NCBI GenBank assembly: GCA_965242925.1 | Contig: CBDEUM010000038.1 | Span: 96,001-160,000 of the forward strand | Length of the DNA: 64,000 nt | Source of the DNA: Roseibacillus sp. | GTDB lineage: Bacteria; Verrucomicrobiota; Verrucomicrobiia; Verrucomicrobiales; Akkermansiaceae | Direction of reading: 5' to 3' | In this document: positions 27,101 to 36,135 of the stretch, piece by piece | Layout of the letters: every line of letters starts with the position of its first letter | Numbering within the stretch: position 1 is the stretch's first letter | Program-made: the position numbers and the translations under genes | Notes under the pieces: model-generated | The model's database searches: none | The model's input: the letters and a program-made list of their open reading frames with translations, nothing else | What the model was told of the DNA's origin: nothing

Positions 27101-28574
27101 GGCGTGGTTTTATATCGAAGATGGAGTCGGTCCCAATGACGATGACCAGACCGGGGCGGGCAACGGCAATGGACCAGGAAAGTGGGTGCGGGCTTCGGAG
27201 ACGGGGGCTGATCCAAATCTGCCGACTACCTTCTCCCGGGAGTTTCGCTTCAACTATGCGAACATCCCGCCCGGAAACGTTCCAGCGGTCCTGCATGTTC
27301 GCCTGAGGGAAGCCACCTCAGGGGTCCCCTCTACCTGGACAGGCACGGTAGGGGCAGCAGATGATACCAGGGGCTGGTATACCACCCTTACACGTAACGT
27401 AACGGCCAACGGGCCCGACCGGCGACTCTTCGTGGCCTTTCCTTCCACCGACGGGGAGGTGGTGGGCGATGATTATGTGCTCAAGGCCTACTTCTCCAAG
27501 AATCTCGGGAACGGGATTTCTGACCAGCAGCTCATCGACGAGTTCTCCATTGCAATCGGAAGCCGATTGAGCGGATCCCCGGCTGGAGCGGTGGATCAGG
27601 ACAAGGATCTCATCAGCATCGTCCGTGATGAGACGGCCGACTACCACGCCCTGGCCTTTGACGTGCCCGAACTCTGGACTGGCGATCCCGGGTTCCTGCA
27701 TCATGTCCAAGTGAGTCATTCGCGGGGAGGGATTGAACTGCTGGGCACCCGGATTGTACGGGCTGCCGAGGTGGTGGAACCCTTCGTGAGCGTGGTGCAA
27801 CCTCCGGCCTTTGACGGGGGAGGGCAGCCCTGGGTGGAGGGTATCCCTGATGTGGCCAATCCGACCCCCTGGCAGAGGGAGATTCCCATCCGGATCGGGA
27901 CGGACGCCGACGCAGGGCATCTTACCATCACCTTCGAACAGGGCAGTGGAACGCTCGTCTTTGTGCAAGTTGTTCCGGTCGGAATCCAACAGTCCTGGGA
28001 CTATCGGTGGATCGGGGTTTCCCCCGGTTTCTACCGCATCCGGGTGGATGTGAGAGTCAGCCGGACCGGTCCGATTATGGCCACCACCACCCGTGATATC
28101 ACCGTGGTCCTGGAGCCCTCGGTTCCGCCCGGGCAGGACAACGATGCGGATAGCTTGCCCGACTGGTGGGAAATCGCGCACGGACTCAACATTGCGGACA
28201 ATGGGAGTGCACCAGAAAGTGCAGGGAACGGGCCGGAGGGAGATCCTGATGGCGACGGCATTCTGAATTTCACTGAATTTCTGGTGGGGCTGGATCCCAA
28301 GCAGGCGGATCGGGGTGTCTTTCCGAGTCTCCAGGTTGCTGCCAATCGGGATGGCAGTGTCCGCTTGAGGTTCCCGGGCATTCCGGACCGCTACTATACC
28401 GTTTCCTGGAGTTCTGACCTGAAGCACTGGACCACGCTGGGCGCAATCATTGACACGGGGGCGGAGGTCCTTCCCGCAACCTACGAGGTCACTGACGCCG
28501 GTCCACCGGGGTCTCCGAGTCATCCAGCCGTCATCGGGCGGCGGTTTTACCGGTTGGAGGTTGCGCTGCCCTGA
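24144..28574 (+). CDS. Large secreted GH13 (alpha-amylase family) multidomain protein
   Basis: Signal peptide; DSIMNH, RLDAVKH, FGEHL, SHDND conserved regions; DxDxD repeats and C-terminal SSDL..W...FYRL domain. Confidence 0.88.
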   Translation: MRFPWRPAALLLLTVSLVRGEAMLQYFNTSWREIRQKVPEIAEAGYESLWLPPPTKAGGGFSVGYDLFDRFDLGSKDQKGSVATRYGTEQELLDLIRVAHRFGIRVYFDSIMNHNGFDVPRYNEFVAEDVYPGFRPGDFHLRETGDGFYQKWDNTRDWGSTWQVQNLGLSGLIDIANEPGPTNRNHGPFEGDTRSKPLFLRHPDNPDYYCYVPSGPGQTHAANEGTYVGFGTSNGITRASLQANESFYQEVVEDMLHRSLRWQLDRTNVDGARLDAVKHTPADFFGATFGADRDTSDYGYLGQAQRQFNLSRGYLDANHRDTVFSIDAPRDDAMFFGEHLGAPPAYGPYIDAGMRLIDNDLRNNLNDILGNPSATLAGYDQPGAGGFSPSVSVMHAQSHDNDFAVRRELQHAFYFTRDGLPLVYTDGNYHAGTLEGSGGAFPRHANTSFLGQFGDNRLPNLAFLHQHFARGFQRPRWADNDFVAYERIDKRENGGMSDDAGVVAIVLVNDNYASGSSRHIGTTFPSTPFVDDAYLYQYARGYGSQTGFFKYASQLDEVVVDPGSYMVFSYRTPEESRAWSEIGGRAIEIFQEGGRADSMTVTRRDGPDGDEGFSGPFANPGFHPRSSDLGGVGGTDFEYEVEIPRVTDVGNLKFVFRADRSTSNILCKLDGGVDLNGRRPAGNGDPGFRDNPPALSTDVFLGYEQPDFVERMGPEKFAARNTSRCALDAAEAENWAIRIGSGRFSHVNGEGNNSTPPDTVQFVYHDPEAALPGSIGNGNHYRETPNSIEVHVKTNSGLGGYRGALYYTLDRSVPLGAGGIGANASTLTVPMNWVGDAEGGSWWKGTITPRRVGTVRYMAAVRRATVNPLFPRGADEVADKRHGMTVFEIDGFNGETVEFFPHNDYAKTPDQDSFVMETGLDEGFHILRARAFLERTGKASLYNTFQQTFYYDAGRPQGEIVFPSENDILSDQNFEVVVRADASVGEAWFYIEDGVGPNDDDQTGAGNGNGPGKWVRASETGADPNLPTTFSREFRFNYANIPPGNVPAVLHVRLREATSGVPSTWTGTVGAADDTRGWYTTLTRNVTANGPDRRLFVAFPSTDGEVVGDDYVLKAYFSKNLGNGISDQQLIDEFSIAIGSRLSGSPAGAVDQDKDLISIVRDETADYHALAFDVPELWTGDPGFLHHVQVSHSRGGIELLGTRIVRAAEVVEPFVSVVQPPAFDGGGQPWVEGIPDVANPTPWQREIPIRIGTDADAGHLTITFEQGSGTLVFVQVVPVGIQQSWDYRWIGVSPGFYRIRVDVRVSRTGPIMATTTRDITVVLEPSVPPGQDNDADSLPDWWEIAHGLNIADNGSAPESAGNGPEGDPDGDGILNFTEFLVGLDPKQADRGVFPSLQVAANRDGSVRLRFPGIPDRYYTVSWSSDLKHWTTLGAIIDTGAEVLPATYEVTDAGPPGSPSHPAVIGRRFYRLEVALP

Positions 28575-28635
28575 GGATCACTCCGCCCCCGGGCAGGGCT
28601 CCCGCAGAACAGGGAATTTCCGGGCCAACTCTTCC

Positions 28636-29487
28636 CTAGAGCACCTGTTCGACGAAGTCCGCACGGGAGAAGGCATCGAACTGGTCCGGTTCCTCACCGG
28701 TCCCGATGAAACGTGGGGGAATGTCCAGTTCCTGCTGGATGGCCACCGTCACCCCTCCCTTTCCTGATCCGTCGAGCTTGGTCACGATCACCCCATCGAG
28801 AGGGACGGCCTTGTTGAACTCGCGGGCCTGATTGAGGGCATTACTCCCCGTGGTGGCGTCGACCACCAGGAGGGTGTGGTGGGGGGCACTTTCGTCCTGC
28901 TTGCCCAGTGTGCGACGAATCTTGCCCAGCTCCTCCATCAGATTGTGACGAGTGTGAAGGCGTCCAGCCGTGTCACAGATGAGGACCTGGACACCGTCGG
29001 TGAGAGCTTTCTGGTGGGCGGTGTAACAGACCGAGGCCGGGTCGGCATTGGGGGAGCCCTTGACCAGCGGGATATCAAGGCGCTCCGCCCATCGCTCCAG
29101 CTGCTCCACTGCTGCGGCACGGAAGGTGTCCGCTGCACCGAGCAGCACCGAGATTCCCTGCTGCGCAAACAGATTGCCGAGCTTGGCTGCGGAAGTTGTC
29201 TTGCCCGTTCCGTTGACCCCTACCACCAGAATGACCAACGGGGAGCCGTCTTCAGGCAGTTCAAGGGTGTGATCGTCATCGGGAAATACCTGCAAGATAC
29301 GTTCGCGTGCGGCCTGCACCACGTCCTCGGCCGAGATCTTGCGACCCAGGTTGCGCAGATTCTCGACGATTTCCAGCGAGGTTCGCACCCCCAGGTCGGC
29401 CGCAATGAGATCGGCCTCAAGTTCGTCCCAGTCAACGTCCGCCCTGTTGGCGACCTTGTTGTAGAGGTTTTTGAAGAAGCCAGCCAT
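28636..29487 (-). CDS. ftsY: SRP receptor FtsY (short NG-only form)
   Basis: GVNGTGKTT, DTFRAAA, DTAGR, TKLDGSGKGG. Confidence 0.96.
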   Translation of the reverse strand: MAGFFKNLYNKVANRADVDWDELEADLIAADLGVRTSLEIVENLRNLGRKISAEDVVQAARERILQVFPDDDHTLELPEDGSPLVILVVGVNGTGKTTSAAKLGNLFAQQGISVLLGAADTFRAAAVEQLERWAERLDIPLVKGSPNADPASVCYTAHQKALTDGVQVLICDTAGRLHTRHNLMEELGKIRRTLGKQDESAPHHTLLVVDATTGSNALNQAREFNKAVPLDGVIVTKLDGSGKGGVTVAIQQELDIPPRFIGTGEEPDQFDAFSRADFVEQVL

Positions 29488-29636
29488 GCGGGGTTGTCAG
29501 TGGTCGATATTCGGCAGAAGGGGGGCTTGCTGCGGCGTAGCCCAGCGAAGACGGTCGGAGGTTCTCGTATTCTTCCCCTGAGGCAAGGATTTTGCTCTCG
29601 GCGAGATCGCAGGCCCTCCAGGTGTGCGGAGCGCTC

Positions 29637-30428
29637 CTACTTCTCCAGCGTCCTCCGCAGTCTGCCGGGGAAATCGGTGGTGATGGAGCGGGATCCCATC
29701 TTCAGGAAGCGCCGGGCGATGGCAGGGTCATTGACGGTCCAGACATGGTGCTGGAACCCGGCCTTTGACAGGGTGTCGAGGTGTTTCTTGCGGAGATCCG
29801 GATGAGTGCTGGAGCCGAGTCCGTCAGCCTTGATGGTCTTCAGGATGCCGAGCAGGCGCGGGAGCTCCTTGTCGGGGGCGTTGCGGGTGCGCTTGTCGAA
29901 GCCGTAGAGCCAGTTCACGCTCCAATCCGGTCGCTTCTCCTTGACGGATTTGACCACCTTCTCATCAAAGGAAATGATGACGATCTGCCCGTCGGCAAGG
30001 CCACTGGCCGTCACAACCTTCAGGAGAGGGGGCACGATTTCAGGACCGCTCTTGATTTCGATGTAGATCTTTTTCTCCGGAGGCACGGTGGCCAGGACTT
30101 CTTCCAGGGCAGGCATGCGAGTGCCGGAAAACTTCTCGTCCTTCCAGGAGCCGGCATCAAGGGTCTGAAGTTCGGCAAATGTGCTTTTTCTGAGGGTCAG
30201 ATTCCTGCCCGTCAGCTTCTTTGTGTTGGAATCGTGAAAGCACACGATCCTTCCGTCCCTGGTGAGGTGGAAGTCTCCCTCGATAGCGTCGGCTCTCTGC
30301 TGCCAGGCAAGTTTGAAAGCTGGCAGGGTGTTTTCCGGAGCCTCCCCGGATGCCCCCCGGTGTGCTACGATGAAGGGATCAGCGAAGGAACTCACGGTGA
30401 GCAGCAGCAGACAGGCAAGGGGTTTCAT
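29637..30428 (-). CDS. Glycerophosphodiester phosphodiesterase family protein
   Basis: AHRGAS..APENT, IEGD, HD, IEIK, WTVND, TTDFP; signal peptide. Confidence 0.92.
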   Translation of the reverse strand: MKPLACLLLLTVSSFADPFIVAHRGASGEAPENTLPAFKLAWQQRADAIEGDFHLTRDGRIVCFHDSNTKKLTGRNLTLRKSTFAELQTLDAGSWKDEKFSGTRMPALEEVLATVPPEKKIYIEIKSGPEIVPPLLKVVTASGLADGQIVIISFDEKVVKSVKEKRPDWSVNWLYGFDKRTRNAPDKELPRLLGILKTIKADGLGSSTHPDLRKKHLDTLSKAGFQHHVWTVNDPAIARRFLKMGSRSITTDFPGRLRRTLEK

Positions 30429-30785
30429 GATCGAAAGAGGGCCAAGGGAACACTCTTGGCCGGGCTTCTGCAACTGTCCAGCGCCTCCGCGTGTTCCTGC
30501 AGGAGGCAGGGAATGTCATAAGGTTGCATGCCTTTCATGCCCCAAGTCATGGGCCAGTTGAAGATCCTGGGCGTCGAGTCTCATTACGGCTCATACAGTC
30601 CCTATCCCAATGACGGTTCCTGTCGTGACACCCCCATGGAGCCGATCAGGTTTCCTTTCAGACCGAAATCCATGTCAAAGAAGCCGAAGTTATAAGGCAA
30701 AAAACAGAATGTTAGAGATTACACCGGCCATGCCGCCGCCGATTTTCCCCTTCATGATAAACAGTGCGAATTGTGAGGGATCACG

Positions 30786-31508
30786 TCACAGTTCCTTGAG
30801 ATAGAGTCGGCGCCACTTCACGTGGGCGGATTTTCCGCCGTGGACCTGCAGGGCGATGAACCCTTCCGGAGTGAAATTCTTTTCATCTGTATCCTCGAAG
30901 TCGGCGCGTGCCACTCCATTGAGCCAGGTCTGGATGCGTTTGCCGTGGCACTTGATGACGATAGTGTTCCAGTCATCCCACTTGAAACTTTCCTGGCCCC
31001 GGATGGTGAACTCCTTTCCGGCGTCCCTGTCACTCTCCCTGGAGAACTTCCCAGGATAGAGCCAGCCACGTCTGGCCTCGTCGTAGATGCCTGCCGTGTA
31101 GGAGCGGTTCCTGTTATTGTCGTGTTCGCACTGGTAGCCGAAGACCCGGCCGTTGCCGTTGCGCTGCTGGGAGCGGAACTGGCATCCTGAATTGCCGGAG
31201 GGATCAGCGAACCGGAACTGGAATACGAAGATGAAGTCCCGATAGCTCTTTTCACTGCAGAGGAAGGTGTTCCCCCGAATATTCTTCCCGTAGCCCACGA
31301 TGGCATCGTCCTCCACCTTGTATTTTCCGGTGCCCCCGGCCTTGCGCCAGCCCTTCAGCGTCTTTCCATCGAAGAGGGCAGTAAACCCGGCGTCGCTCAG
31401 GGCCTTGGGATTCGCCTTGGCCGGAAGGCCAGAATCCTTCTTCGGTTCACCATCCAGGGGAGTGGCCAGGAGCGGCAGGAGGACTGCCAGAGGGGACAGG
31501 GTCTTCAT
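30786..31508 (-). CDS. DUF1080 (3-keto-disaccharide hydrolase-like) exported protein
   Basis: LFDGKTLKGW, NSG.QFRS, GYQ, WNT, GFIALQVH. Confidence 0.88.
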   Translation of the reverse strand: MKTLSPLAVLLPLLATPLDGEPKKDSGLPAKANPKALSDAGFTALFDGKTLKGWRKAGGTGKYKVEDDAIVGYGKNIRGNTFLCSEKSYRDFIFVFQFRFADPSGNSGCQFRSQQRNGNGRVFGYQCEHDNNRNRSYTAGIYDEARRGWLYPGKFSRESDRDAGKEFTIRGQESFKWDDWNTIVIKCHGKRIQTWLNGVARADFEDTDEKNFTPEGFIALQVHGGKSAHVKWRRLYLKEL

Positions 31509-31555
31509 TCCCGTCATGGTCAGAGAGGAAATCAGTCGTGACGAGGACAAACCAG

Positions 31556-32704
31556 TCAGCTCAGTGTCAGTAAGTTTTTGTGCAAGCTCCTGACCTGCTC
31601 TTCCTCATGGGCAGCGGAGAGGGTGATCCGCAGCCGGGCAGAGCCCCGGGGAACAGTGGGAAAGCGCACGGCAGGTGCCAGATACCCGGCCCCCAGAAGC
31701 GAGCGAGCTGCTTGCAGGGCGGGTTCGTTTTCACCAAAAATCAGAGGAGCAATCGCACTCCGGGCTTCCGTTCCCCGCAGCTTTGAGAAAGTCGAGATGT
31801 TGGACCACAGACGCTCGCGCAGATTCCGGCCGCGTGCGGAAGCGATGACCCTGAGGCCGCGGCTTGAAGCCGCCACCTGGGCGGGAGGAGGAGCCGTTGA
31901 GTAGACGAACGGGCGCGCCTTGTTGAGAAGAAGGTCGATCCATCTGCGCTCGGCTGCCAGATAGCCTCCCGCAGAACCAACCGCTTTGCCCAGCGTGCCC
32001 ATCTGAAAGGTGATGCGCCCCTGCAGCCCCAGTTCCTCTGCCAGTCCCTGTCCGGTGGGTCCGAGCACACCCACCGCATGCGCTTCGTCAAGGAGGAGAA
32101 GGGCCCCGTGGCGCTCCGTCAATTCTACGATCTCCACGAGGGGAGCACGGTCACCATCCATGCTGAAGACCGACTCGGTGACGACCAGGAGGCGGGCCTC
32201 GGCAGGGAGTTTCGCCCGGTTATCGGCGAGGAGACGCTCGAGTTTCTGGAGGTTGTTGTGGGGGTAGACCCGCAGGCAGGCGCCGGACTGTCGGGCTCCA
32301 TCGATCAGGCTGGCGTGACAGAGTTTGTCGAGGATGATGACATCGCCCTTGCCCAGGAGCGCGCCGAGGCTCCCCACCGCGGTGGCGTAGCCGCTGCTGA
32401 AGCTGAGGGCTGCCTCTACGCCCTTCCACTCCGCAATGTGTTCCTCCAGGTCGAGATGGGGAGATAACGAGCCGGAGATGAGGCGCGAGGAGCCTGCGCC
32501 TGTTCCGTAGCGCGTGGTGGCCTCCCGGGCAGCTTCCATCAATTCCTCGTCGCAGGCGAGTCCGAGGTAGTCGTTGGAGGCAAAGTTGACGACTGGTCGA
32601 CCATTGATACGGAGGAGGGGAGGGCGGTCTTCTTCGACCGGCTGCAATTGTCGGAGAAGTCCAGCTTCCCGCAGAGCTGCCAGTTCGTCCTCCGCCTGGC
32701 GCAT
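31556..32704 (-). CDS. bioF: 8-amino-7-oxononanoate synthase
   Basis: NFASNDYLGL, HASLIDG, ESVFSMDGD, DEAH, GTLGKA, PTVP. Confidence 0.92.
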   Translation of the reverse strand: MRQAEDELAALREAGLLRQLQPVEEDRPPLLRINGRPVVNFASNDYLGLACDEELMEAAREATTRYGTGAGSSRLISGSLSPHLDLEEHIAEWKGVEAALSFSSGYATAVGSLGALLGKGDVIILDKLCHASLIDGARQSGACLRVYPHNNLQKLERLLADNRAKLPAEARLLVVTESVFSMDGDRAPLVEIVELTERHGALLLLDEAHAVGVLGPTGQGLAEELGLQGRITFQMGTLGKAVGSAGGYLAAERRWIDLLLNKARPFVYSTAPPPAQVAASSRGLRVIASARGRNLRERLWSNISTFSKLRGTEARSAIAPLIFGENEPALQAARSLLGAGYLAPAVRFPTVPRGSARLRITLSAAHEEEQVRSLHKNLLTLS

Positions 32705-32714
32705 GCCGTTTTGT

Positions 32715-33635
32715 TCAGTTGGTCACTGTAAACGCCATCACCGGGCGCACCAGCTGCGGCGACTCGAGCGCCCAGCGCAGCAGGGCCTCCGAGTCATTCC
32801 AGATCGACCTGGACGTGCTGCCCAGCACCACCGCGATCACTGTGCGACCATGCAGGCTGCCGCTTGCGACAAGGCATCTTCCCGAAGCTCTCGTGGTTCC
32901 CGTCTTCATGCCGGTGGCATAGGGCAGGCGTTTGAGCAGTCTGTTGGTGTTTGTGAGTTTGCTGACCTTCCCGTCGTTGTGCACGAAGTTGTACTCACGG
33001 ATGGTCATCGGTCTTCGGATGGACGCATGCTGGTAGACGTGGCGCGCAAGTTTTGCGATGTCACGGGCGGTGGAGAACTGACCCTCTCTGGTGAGGCCGT
33101 GGGGGTTCAGGAAGTTACTGTTGGACATTCCGAGTGATCGGGCCCGGAGATTCATCTGCTGTGCAAACCCCGCGACACTTCCGGCCACGTCCCGTGCAAG
33201 CGCAATGGAGGCGTCGTTGGCGCTACGCACGAGGATGGCCTTGAGCAATTGTCCGCGCGTGTAGGTGTGTCCCGTTTTGAGATAGAGTTTGCTCGGTTCC
33301 ACCGTGGTGTCAGTTGACTGGATCACGATGCGGTCGTTCAGGGAGCCCGCTTCCGTCACCACCAGGGCGGTCATGAGTTTTTGAGTGCTGGCCACTGCGC
33401 ACCGCTCGTCCGCATTCTTGGCCATCAGAACCCGTCCGGTAGCGACGTCGAGCACGATCGACCGCTTGGCGACGACCGAGGGCGGCGAGCCCTGGGGCGT
33501 GACCACGGACGGGGGAGGCGACGCCAGGGGCTTCTGCTGGACAGTCGGTTTCCCGGGAGGGGCCACGCAGGCAACCAGGGCCGCGGATAACACCAGACAG
33601 GCCAATGGAGGCCCAGAAGCGATAGACATCAACAT
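32715..33635 (-). CDS. Peptidase S11 D-Ala-D-Ala carboxypeptidase/endopeptidase, probable lipoprotein
   Basis: ASTQK (SxxK), SAN (SxN), KTG; lipobox-like LVAC. Confidence 0.9.
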   Translation of the reverse strand: MLMSIASGPPLACLVLSAALVACVAPPGKPTVQQKPLASPPPSVVTPQGSPPSVVAKRSIVLDVATGRVLMAKNADERCAVASTQKLMTALVVTEAGSLNDRIVIQSTDTTVEPSKLYLKTGHTYTRGQLLKAILVRSANDASIALARDVAGSVAGFAQQMNLRARSLGMSNSNFLNPHGLTREGQFSTARDIAKLARHVYQHASIRRPMTIREYNFVHNDGKVSKLTNTNRLLKRLPYATGMKTGTTRASGRCLVASGSLHGRTVIAVVLGSTSRSIWNDSEALLRWALESPQLVRPVMAFTVTN

Positions 33636-33738
33636 TGATAATCTCACTGGCTGAAGTATTCTCAAGAGCCAAATTCCCTTCTTTTGCAGGTAATCCTTTA
33701 AAGAAATACTTGCGTTTCACCTTCCTAGATCATAATAC

Positions 33739-33752
33739 TGTTCATGCAAACA
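33739..33752. promoter_or_regulatory. LexA operator (Verrucomicrobia type)
   Basis: TGTTC-ATGC-AAACA, one mismatch from TGTTC-N4-GAACA; second TGTTC half-site at 33758; CATAAT -10-like hexamer at 33731. Confidence 0.75.
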
Positions 33753-33764
33753 GGAACTGTTCAA

Positions 33765-34379
33765 ATGACTCATAAACTCACTGACAGGCAACAGGAGCTC
33801 CTCGATTTTCTCCGGCAATCTCACCGCGAAATGGGAGTCATGCCCTCCACTCGGGAGATTCAGGCCCATTTTGGATTCGCCAGTCAGACCGCGGCCATGA
33901 GCCATCTGCGCGCCCTCGAGCGGAAGGGAGTGATCAATCGTCTGCCGGGGAAGGCCCGTGCGGTGGTCCTGCCGGAGGATCTTGAGCGGGAAGAAATCAT
34001 GGATATTCCTGTTTATGGGGAAATTGCCGCGGGCATGGCACAGGATGTCGAACCCGAAAGGGACGGCTGTGTCTCCATCGATGTGACAAGCATCGGGCTT
34101 TCGAATTCAACCAAGGCCTTCGCCTTGAAGGTCCGCGGGGATTCGATGATCGATGCCCATATCTGTGATGGTGACACCGTGGTCCTGGAGATGCGTGAAC
34201 CGCGCAATGGCGATGTGGTGGCAGCCCTCATCGACGGTGAAACCACCCTCAAGCGCTACGTAGTCAATCGCGGCAGACCCTACCTGCAGGCCGAGAACGA
34301 GATGTATCCGGATCTCATTCCCCTCAGCGAACTGGTCATCCAGGGGGTGATGGTGGCCCTGCTGCGGAAAGCGGCCTGA
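33765..34379 (+). CDS. lexA: SOS repressor LexA
   Basis: LTDRQ, PSTREI, IAAG cleavage site, GDSM, TLK. Confidence 0.96.
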   Translation: MTHKLTDRQQELLDFLRQSHREMGVMPSTREIQAHFGFASQTAAMSHLRALERKGVINRLPGKARAVVLPEDLEREEIMDIPVYGEIAAGMAQDVEPERDGCVSIDVTSIGLSNSTKAFALKVRGDSMIDAHICDGDTVVLEMREPRNGDVVAALIDGETTLKRYVVNRGRPYLQAENEMYPDLIPLSELVIQGVMVALLRKAA

Positions 34380-34532
34380 AGCGGCTGGATTTCCCGGGAT
34401 ATCATCCCGGAGTAAGCAGATCTGCCCTGAGGGTGATACCGGGGGATCAGAAAGAGGGTTGTGTGAGGACGTGTAACTTGCAAGCTCCCATCGCCTGCCC
34501 TCAACAGGTGAAACCTTGGGAAATCCCTGACA

Positions 34533-36113
34533 ATGAAAAAGTATCAAGCCCGTTCTTTGTTCAGCATGGCGACGCCCCTCGCATCCCTCCTGACGTTCGC
34601 TTTGTTTGTGTCCAATGCTTCTGCCTTGCCCGGATCCCCCAATGTCATCCTCATCCTCGGTGATGACATGGGCATTGACTCGGTATCCGCATTCAACGCC
34701 AGGATGGGTTTGAAGACACCCTCCATCGATCAATTGGCCAGCGAGGGAATATCCTTCATGGATGCCCATTCCACCTCCGGTGTCTGCTCGCCGACACGCT
34801 ACAGTGTGCTCACCGGACGCTACAACTGGCGCAGTCGCCTCAAGCGCGGCATCGTCGGGCAGTGGGAACGACCGCTGATTGCCGATGCCCGCCAGACCCT
34901 GCCGGAAATGTTCCGCGCAAAGGGCTATGCGACCTGCATGATCGGCAAATGGCACCTCGGGTGGAATTGGCCCAAGAAGGGAGGTGGATTCACCGAGAAA
35001 TTGGCCGAAATCGACTTCACCAAGGCCATCAAGGGCGGGCCGAACAGTCATGGCTTTGATTACTACTTTGGCGATGATGTGCCCAACTGGCCTCCTTATG
35101 CCTGGCGTGAAAATGAACACCTGATTGGCAAGCTCACTTCCCGGATGAAACGGGGCACAATGGTTGGCGTATCCGCCGGGCCCGCTGTCGCCGACTGGGA
35201 CTTCTCCAAGGTCCTGCTGGAGTATGGCCGCCGCTGTGCCGAATACGTTCGCGAACGCAAGGGAAAGCAACAGCCCTTCTTCCTCTACTTCCCCATGCCC
35301 TCTCCGCATACACCCATTGCGCCGGGCGGAAAATTCAAGGGAATCAGCAAGATTACCCCATACGCGGATTTCATCGTGGAAACCGACTGGGCAGTCGGTG
35401 AAATCCTTAAGGCTCTGGAGGACACGGGGCAGGCTGAAAACACCATGGTTTTATTTACCTGTGACAACGGCACCTCACCCAGGGCGGAGTTTGCCCAACT
35501 GGAGGCCCGCAATGTGCGACTTAATGAAAACTGGCGCGGCTGGAAAGCCGACGCTTATGAAGGTGGTCATCGCGTGCCGTTCATCGTGCGCTTGCCCGGG
35601 CGCATCAGGAAAGGCACGCGCAGTGAACAGACAATCTCCCTTGCTGATATCATGGCGACCTGCGCCGATGTCATTGACGCCAAGCTCCCCCCCAACGCGG
35701 CCGAGGACAGCGTGAGTCTGATGCCCGTCCTTACCGGAAAAAAAGTGGACGGATCCCTGCATGACCTGGTCATCCATCATTCCGTCAGTGGCCATTTTGC
35801 CGTTCGCATGGGCAAGTGGAAACTGCTCCTCTGTCGCGGATCCGGCGGCTGGAGTCCCCCGCGCGAAAACGAGGCTGCCAGGAAAAATCTGCCGATGCTG
35901 CAACTCTACAATCTTGAAAACGATCCCCGGGAAACTGAAAACCTGTGTGATGAATACCCCGACAGGGTGGAAAAACTCGTTAATGCCCTGGCAAAAGCCA
36001 TTGATGAAGGGCGCACCACCCCCGGGCCGCGGCAGGCCAACCAAGGCTGGCCCAATACCATCCCCCAGCCGCTGCTGAAGAAATTTCCGCAACTCGCCGC
36101 CCGGGAAAAGTGA
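34533..36113 (+). CDS. Arylsulfatase (S1 family), exported
   Basis: ILGDDMG, CSPTRYSVLTG, GKWHLG, DNG, EGGHRVP. Confidence 0.93.
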   Translation: MKKYQARSLFSMATPLASLLTFALFVSNASALPGSPNVILILGDDMGIDSVSAFNARMGLKTPSIDQLASEGISFMDAHSTSGVCSPTRYSVLTGRYNWRSRLKRGIVGQWERPLIADARQTLPEMFRAKGYATCMIGKWHLGWNWPKKGGGFTEKLAEIDFTKAIKGGPNSHGFDYYFGDDVPNWPPYAWRENEHLIGKLTSRMKRGTMVGVSAGPAVADWDFSKVLLEYGRRCAEYVRERKGKQQPFFLYFPMPSPHTPIAPGGKFKGISKITPYADFIVETDWAVGEILKALEDTGQAENTMVLFTCDNGTSPRAEFAQLEARNVRLNENWRGWKADAYEGGHRVPFIVRLPGRIRKGTRSEQTISLADIMATCADVIDAKLPPNAAEDSVSLMPVLTGKKVDGSLHDLVIHHSVSGHFAVRMGKWKLLLCRGSGGWSPPRENEAARKNLPMLQLYNLENDPRETENLCDEYPDRVEKLVNALAKAIDEGRTTPGPRQANQGWPNTIPQPLLKKFPQLAAREK

Positions 36114-36135
36114 TGCAAACCGGGGAGATCAGGAA

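Noticed and set aside
28636..29487. Short FtsY as a truncated gene
   Set aside because: NG-only FtsY with an N-terminal amphipathic helix is a common natural form.
29488..29636. Possible SRP (4.5S) RNA upstream of ftsY
   Set aside because: The conserved CAGG...GGAAG..AGCAGC domain IV motif is not present on either strand.
30771..30790. TTGTGA...TCAC element as a Rex or CRP site
   Set aside because: Spacing fits neither consensus and it sits at a gene 3' end.
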